DNA of 32,000 nt from Cupriavidus necator (GTDB lineage Bacteria; Pseudomonadota; Gammaproteobacteria; Burkholderiales; Burkholderiaceae), in NCBI RefSeq assembly GCF_016127575.1, contig NZ_CP066018.1, positions 3,030,001-3,062,000 of the forward strand, written 5' to 3'. Positions 28,125 to 32,000 of this stretch are shown here, piece by piece (position 1 is the first letter of the stretch; each line of letters begins with the position of its first letter). A program made the translations under genes and the position numbers. The notes beneath the pieces are model-generated. The model was not told the DNA's origin, searched no databases, and saw nothing but the letters and a program-made list of their open reading frames with translations.

Positions 28125-28460
28125 TCCGGCTGGCACTGCGGTGTTGGCGATGCCGGCCTTGCTCCCGATACCCGTTTTTCTTGCGTCCGAGGCCTTCAGT
28201 TCGCTGACAGCGACGTCCGGTATGTGCGGACGCGCTACGCAAGAGGTTCGCTGGCTGGCCCATAACGGCATGCGAACGATCTCCTGCCGGAACGCCCGGC
28301 AACTCGATGCAAAGATAGGGAAGTGCACGGCTTGGATGCAGCAGGTATCCGGCTAGCTGCGCAATGAGATGGCGGTGGCTTTCGCACCGCTGTATCCAAA
28401 ATCTCCGGTGCCCCGGATCCGTCCGGGAGCAGGTGCAAAGACAGGCTGCACACCATCAAC

Positions 28461-29315
28461 ATGAATACCCAAGAGGCGAAGATCGTCCTCGAGACGGCGC
28501 TGATCTGCGCGCAGGAACCGTTGCGCGTCAATGATCTGCGGCGGCTGTTTGACGACGACGTCGGCGCAGACACCATCCGCGTGCTGCTTGATGAACTGCG
28601 GCAGGACTGGCGGCCGCGCGGCGTGGAACTGGTGGCCCTGGCCAGCGGCTGGCGCTTCCAGAGCCGGCCGGAAATGCGTGAATACCTGGATCGGCTGAAT
28701 CCAGAAAAGCCGCCAAAATATTCGCGCGCGGTGATGGAAACACTGGCGATCATTGCCTACCGGCAGCCGGTGACCCGCGGCGATATCGAGGAAATCCGCG
28801 GCGTGACGGTCAGCACGGAAGTCATCAAGAAGCTTGAGGACCGCAGCTGGATCGAGGTGATCGGACACCGCGACGTGCCGGGCAGGCCGGCGCTGTATGC
28901 GACCACCAAGGCGTTCCTGGACGATCTTGGCCTGCGTACGCTGGATGAGCTGCCGCCGCTGGAAGATGCCCAGGCGCAGGCGCAGGCAACCCTGCTGGAA
29001 CAGCAGGCCATCAATTTTGAAGACCTGGCTGCAAACAAGGCGGCCAGCGCCGACGAAGAGGCTTTTGCCAACCCCGCCGCGCATGCGGCGGATGTGGCTG
29101 AAGCATCCGTCGCAAACGAAGCCGAGACGACCGGCCCGGTCGACCAAGGCGCCAATGGCTTTGACGCGCAACCGCTGCAAGCTGCAGCCGACGATGCCGC
29201 CGAGGCCGCTTCCACCGAACCAGCCGCACCCAATCCGGACGGGGCGCGGGGCGATTTGCCGGACAACGGCACCCCGCCGCACCCGAGCGAGCACGACGAG
29301 CGCGTGCCGAACTGA
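28461..29315 (+). CDS. scpB: segregation and condensation protein B with a long acidic C-terminal tail
   Basis: ScpB winged-helix core ([34 protein letters not shown]) spans residues 1 to about 166. Roughly 118 further residues are rich in Ala, Asp, Glu and Gln. Confidence 0.88.
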   Translation: MNTQEAKIVLETALICAQEPLRVNDLRRLFDDDVGADTIRVLLDELRQDWRPRGVELVALASGWRFQSRPEMREYLDRLNPEKPPKYSRAVMETLAIIAYRQPVTRGDIEEIRGVTVSTEVIKKLEDRSWIEVIGHRDVPGRPALYATTKAFLDDLGLRTLDELPPLEDAQAQAQATLLEQQAINFEDLAANKAASADEEAFANPAAHAADVAEASVANEAETTGPVDQGANGFDAQPLQAAADDAAEAASTEPAAPNPDGARGDLPDNGTPPHPSEHDERVPN

Positions 29316-29320
29316 ACAAC

Positions 29321-31210
29321 ATGCAACATCCGATAGTGAATATCTTGTCTGATTCCGTTGAGCAAGACACCCGCAATGCGGGCGCACCCGCCGACACCGG
29401 CGCCGCAGAACCCGGATCGGGCAGCGAAGCCGCGCCCCGCCGCAAGGGGCTGCGCCGCGGGCTGAGGAACCTGGTCGCATCGCGCCGCCAGGCACAGGAC
29501 CGCGGCGAGGGCGCCGAAGGCGCCGGCGGCCAGGCCGATGCCGGTGAAGCGGGCGCCGCACAGGCGGCGGGCGGTGCGCGCGGTGGCCAGCGTGGCCGCG
29601 GCAAGCGCAAGACGGGGCAGGGCGAGGGTGGCCAGGGTAGCCAAGGCGGCCAGGGCACCAGCAAGGCAGAAAAGGTCGACCGTGCGGCCAGGGCCGAAGG
29701 CACCGACAAGCCTGAGCAGCCCGGCCGCAAGCGCAAGCCGGTCCAGCGCTCAGGCAAGGCGGCAGCGCCGGGCGAGGCGCAGGGTGCCGGTGCGCGGCAG
29801 CAGGGCCGCCGCAAGGATGGCGGCAAGCCGCAGGCGCCCCGCAAGGGCCAGGGCGGCGGGGACAAGACCACGGCGAGCAGCGAAGACCTGTTCCGCTTCG
29901 TGATCTCTGAGCAGTACGACAACGAAGACACCGTCATTCCGCGCACCAAGGCCAAGCCGGTGCGCGAGCTGTCGGCCGACGACGACGCGCCCAAGCTGCA
30001 CAAGGTGCTGGCCGAGGGCGGGCTGGGCTCGCGCCGCGAGATGGAAGAACTGATCCTGCAGGGCCGCGTTTCGGTCAACGGCCTGCCGGCCCATATCGGC
30101 CAGCGCATCCTGCCGGCGGACCAGGTCCGCGTGAACGGCAAGCTGATCCACCGCAAGGTGTCGACCAAGCCGCCGCGCGTGCTGCTGTACCACAAGCCCG
30201 CCGGCGAGATCGTCAGCCAGTCCGATCCGGAAGGCCGTCCGACTGTGTTCGACAGCCTGCCGCGCATCAAGACCGGCAAGTGGGTCGCGGTGGGCCGCCT
30301 GGACTTCAATACTGAAGGCCTGCTGATCTTCACCACCTCTGGTGATATTGCCAACCGTTTCATGCATCCGCGCTATGGCGTGGAGCGCGAGTACGCGGTG
30401 CGCACGCTGGGCGAGCTGGCCGAGGCCGACCGCCAGCGCCTGCTGCATGGCATCAAGCTCGATGACGGCGAGGCCAATTTCCTGCGCATTGCCGACGGCG
30501 GCGGTGAAGGCGTCAACCAGTGGTACCACGTGGCCCTGACCGAAGGCCGCAACCGTGAAGTGCGCCGCATGTTCGAGGCGGTCGGGCTGACCGTGTCGCG
30601 CCTGATCCGCACCCGCTACGGCCAGTTCCTGCTGCCGCGTGGCCTCAAGCGCGGCCGCTGGCAGGAAGTCGAGCCCAATGACGTCAAGGCGCTGATGGCC
30701 GGTGTCGGCCTGAAGGTGCCCGGCAAGGGCGAGCAGGCTCCCAAGGGCGCCACCAAGGTAGGCGGGCGCAAGCAGCGCACCGAAGCCGCGATTGCCGGCA
30801 TGCCGATGCCCACGGGCATGGACGGCCTGCCGCGCTTCGACCAGGGCGGCGCCCGGGGCGGTAGCGGCGGCCGCAGCAGCCAGCCGGATCCGATGAAGAC
30901 CTCGATGGGCTATATCACCCACGGGCCCACCTTGCTGACCTCGCACGCGGCCAGCCTGGGCGGCGGGCGCGGCACTGGCGCACGCCAGGGACGTGGTGGC
31001 GCCGGCATGGGCGGCATGGGTGGCATGCGCGGTCAGGGTGGTCAGGGCGGCCTGGGTGGCCAGGGTCAGGGCAAGCCGCGTCGCGGCGGCGGCGAAGCCA
31101 ACGGCAATGTGATGCCGAAGGCGTCGAAGCCGGGCGGCAACCGTTCCCCGCGCGGCGGTAGTGGCGGTGGCGGCGGCAACCGTGGTGGCAACCGCGGCGG
31201 CAACCGATAA
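29321..31210 (+). CDS. rluB: 23S rRNA pseudouridine synthase RluB with long Arg/Gly-rich N- and C-terminal extensions
   Basis: S4 domain [21 protein letters not shown] and catalytic [11 protein letters not shown] span about residues 225-460. These are flanked by low-complexity segments ending [12 protein letters not shown]. The ATG is 6 nt after the scpB stop, and a downstream alternative start cannot be excluded. Confidence 0.85.
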   Translation: MQHPIVNILSDSVEQDTRNAGAPADTGAAEPGSGSEAAPRRKGLRRGLRNLVASRRQAQDRGEGAEGAGGQADAGEAGAAQAAGGARGGQRGRGKRKTGQGEGGQGSQGGQGTSKAEKVDRAARAEGTDKPEQPGRKRKPVQRSGKAAAPGEAQGAGARQQGRRKDGGKPQAPRKGQGGGDKTTASSEDLFRFVISEQYDNEDTVIPRTKAKPVRELSADDDAPKLHKVLAEGGLGSRREMEELILQGRVSVNGLPAHIGQRILPADQVRVNGKLIHRKVSTKPPRVLLYHKPAGEIVSQSDPEGRPTVFDSLPRIKTGKWVAVGRLDFNTEGLLIFTTSGDIANRFMHPRYGVEREYAVRTLGELAEADRQRLLHGIKLDDGEANFLRIADGGGEGVNQWYHVALTEGRNREVRRMFEAVGLTVSRLIRTRYGQFLLPRGLKRGRWQEVEPNDVKALMAGVGLKVPGKGEQAPKGATKVGGRKQRTEAAIAGMPMPTGMDGLPRFDQGGARGGSGGRSSQPDPMKTSMGYITHGPTLLTSHAASLGGGRGTGARQGRGGAGMGGMGGMRGQGGQGGLGGQGQGKPRRGGGEANGNVMPKASKPGGNRSPRGGSGGGGGNRGGNRGGNR

Positions 31211-31264
31211 GCGCTGAATCCGGCGCATGGCGGGTTGAACGCCCGCCGGCGCCGGATTCAGTGC
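31211..31264. repeat. large nested GC-rich palindrome (REP-like or terminator-like) after rluB
   Basis: A perfect 13-bp outer stem CTGAATCCGGCGC / GCGCCGGATTCAG encloses an inner 6-bp hairpin GGCGGG-ttgaacg-CCCGCC. No U-tract. Confidence 0.6.
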
Positions 31265-31281
31265 ACGGAAATGTCTGGCTT

Positions 31282-31310
31282 TTGCCTTTTCGACATAATC
31301 CGCGTATAAT
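31282..31310 (+). promoter_or_regulatory. sigma-70 promoter of the rimP operon leader
   Basis: TTGCCT (31282-31287), a 17-nt spacer, then a consensus TATAAT (31305-31310). Confidence 0.65.
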
Positions 31311-31328
31311 TCAAGTCTATTCAAAAAG

Positions 31329-31394
31329 CCATCCTCGTCGAGGATGGGCGAATGATGGGCATTGCGCCCATTTTTTTTTGGTTCGCCCGTTTTT
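31329..31394 (+). terminator. leader hairpin plus tandem intrinsic terminators (attenuator) upstream of rimP
   Basis: CCATCCTC-gtc-GAGGATGG (31329-31347), then ATGGGC-attgc-GCCCAT running into nine T (31355-31379), then CGCCCG plus five T (31384-31394). Confidence 0.65.
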
Positions 31395-31511
31395 CGGTTC
31401 TCTCCGCTGGGGCGGGGGGATGGCGGACAGGCAGGGCTGCAGCAGGGTCGTCCCGGACGGCACCGGCGGGTTTGCCTGCCACGGTGTTGATGGCCATTAC
31501 TCGGGATAACA

Positions 31512-32000
31512 GTGCATCTGGCAGATTTGATCGAAACCACCCTAAGCGGCATGGGATATGAGCTGGTCGAGCTCGAGCGTGCCCCGGCCGGATTGCTGCG
31601 TGTCTATATCGATCAGCCTGAAACCGGCATTGCCATCGAGGATTGTGAAAAGGTGAGCCGCCAGCTCACCCACGTGTTCACGGTCGAGAACGTCGACTAT
31701 GAACGCCTCGAGGTCTCGTCGCCCGGACTGGACCGGCCGCTGAAGAAGCTGGCCGACTACGTCCGCTTTGCCGGCGAGGAGGCGCGCGTGACGCTGCGCC
31801 TGCCCGTCAACGGACAGAAGAACTTCACAGGCATCCTGCGCGAGCCCACCGGCGCGGCGGGCGAGGAGAAGATTGGCCTGGAGTTCGAAGGCAAAGATGG
31901 CCCGGCGCTGCTGGAATTTGCCGTATCCGATGTCGACAAGGCACGCCTGGTGCCGGTGATCGACTTCAAAGGAAATCAAAGAAAAGGGAACAAGCAATGA
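31512..32000 (+). CDS. rimP: ribosome maturation factor RimP
   Basis: GTG start. The product (M)[22 protein letters not shown]...[14 protein letters not shown] is a typical RimP. The TGA stop falls at 31998-32000, so the CDS is complete. nusA is expected just beyond the window. Confidence 0.9.
   Translation: MHLADLIETTLSGMGYELVELERAPAGLLRVYIDQPETGIAIEDCEKVSRQLTHVFTVENVDYERLEVSSPGLDRPLKKLADYVRFAGEEARVTLRLPVNGQKNFTGILREPTGAAGEEKIGLEFEGKDGPALLEFAVSDVDKARLVPVIDFKGNQRKGNKQ

Noticed and set aside
28095-28135. GGTTCAAAAG resembles a tRNA T-loop, and AAAGTCCGG resembles the RNase P P4 strand.
   Set aside because: No flanking 5-bp T-stem, acceptor or anticodon arms can be drawn. The rest of the RNase P core (GGAAAGTCCGGGCTCC, ACAGAACCCGGCTTA, GGTAA/GAAAG modules) is absent on both strands.
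28072-28206. A small + strand ORF (MPVPSPQSIRFKRSGSKVRLALRCWRCRPCSRYPFFLRPRPSVR) with GGAAGG 6 nt upstream.
   Set aside because: It has many rare A/T-ending codons for this genome and an extremely basic, Cys-rich composition. It is out of phase with the weak period-3 signal in the region, so it is probably fortuitous.
31352-31561. A 69-aa ORF in the rimP leader (MMGIAPIFFWFARF...).
   Set aside because: It reads through the T9 terminator tract, overlaps the rimP start in another frame and has no SD or family resemblance.

Overview
This window reads as a conserved core-chromosome segment of a high-GC betaproteobacterium. Gene content, gene order and the structured sucA leader suggest Burkholderiaceae (Cupriavidus/Ralstonia-like); that taxon call is inference only.

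Gene order, on the + strand unless noted:
- glnA (5' partial), a DUF4124-like secreted protein, ntrB, ntrC
- a HAD-IIB hydrolase (-)
- ugpB-A-E-C-Q
- a structured sucA leader, sucA-sucB-lpdA, zapE
- ccoI-ccoS, ccoN-O-Q-P, ccoG, a mini FixH-like ORF and an 81-aa membrane ORF
- fnr (-)
- a DsbD_2/COG2836-type membrane protein
- a 568-bp gap with no convincing gene
- scpB-rluB
- a promoter/attenuator leader and rimP, which ends at the window edge

Two short genes absent from the ORF track (ccoS and ccoQ) were found by reading the sequence. Several ORF-track starts were moved to downstream start codons that fit family N-termini and ribosome-binding sites.

I recognised no rRNA, tRNA, CRISPR array, IS element, integrase, phage gene or defence gene. 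I do not see a convincing novel multi-gene system here; this is an ordinary housekeeping region.

The items most worth a second look are:
- the unexplained 568-bp region at 27893-28460, which has a promoter-like element, a 10-bp direct repeat, dense hairpins and a weak period-3 signal
- the promoter-hairpin-terminator leader upstream of rimP
- the sucA leader RNA, a known orphan motif context
- the self-contained FNR module, with fnr plus TTGAT-N4-ATCAA boxes in front of ccoN and ccoI
- two tiny uncharacterised membrane ORFs after ccoG
- the long low-complexity extensions on ScpB (acidic) and RluB (Arg/Gly-rich)

The many very long antisense ORFs in the track are GC-driven shadow frames.
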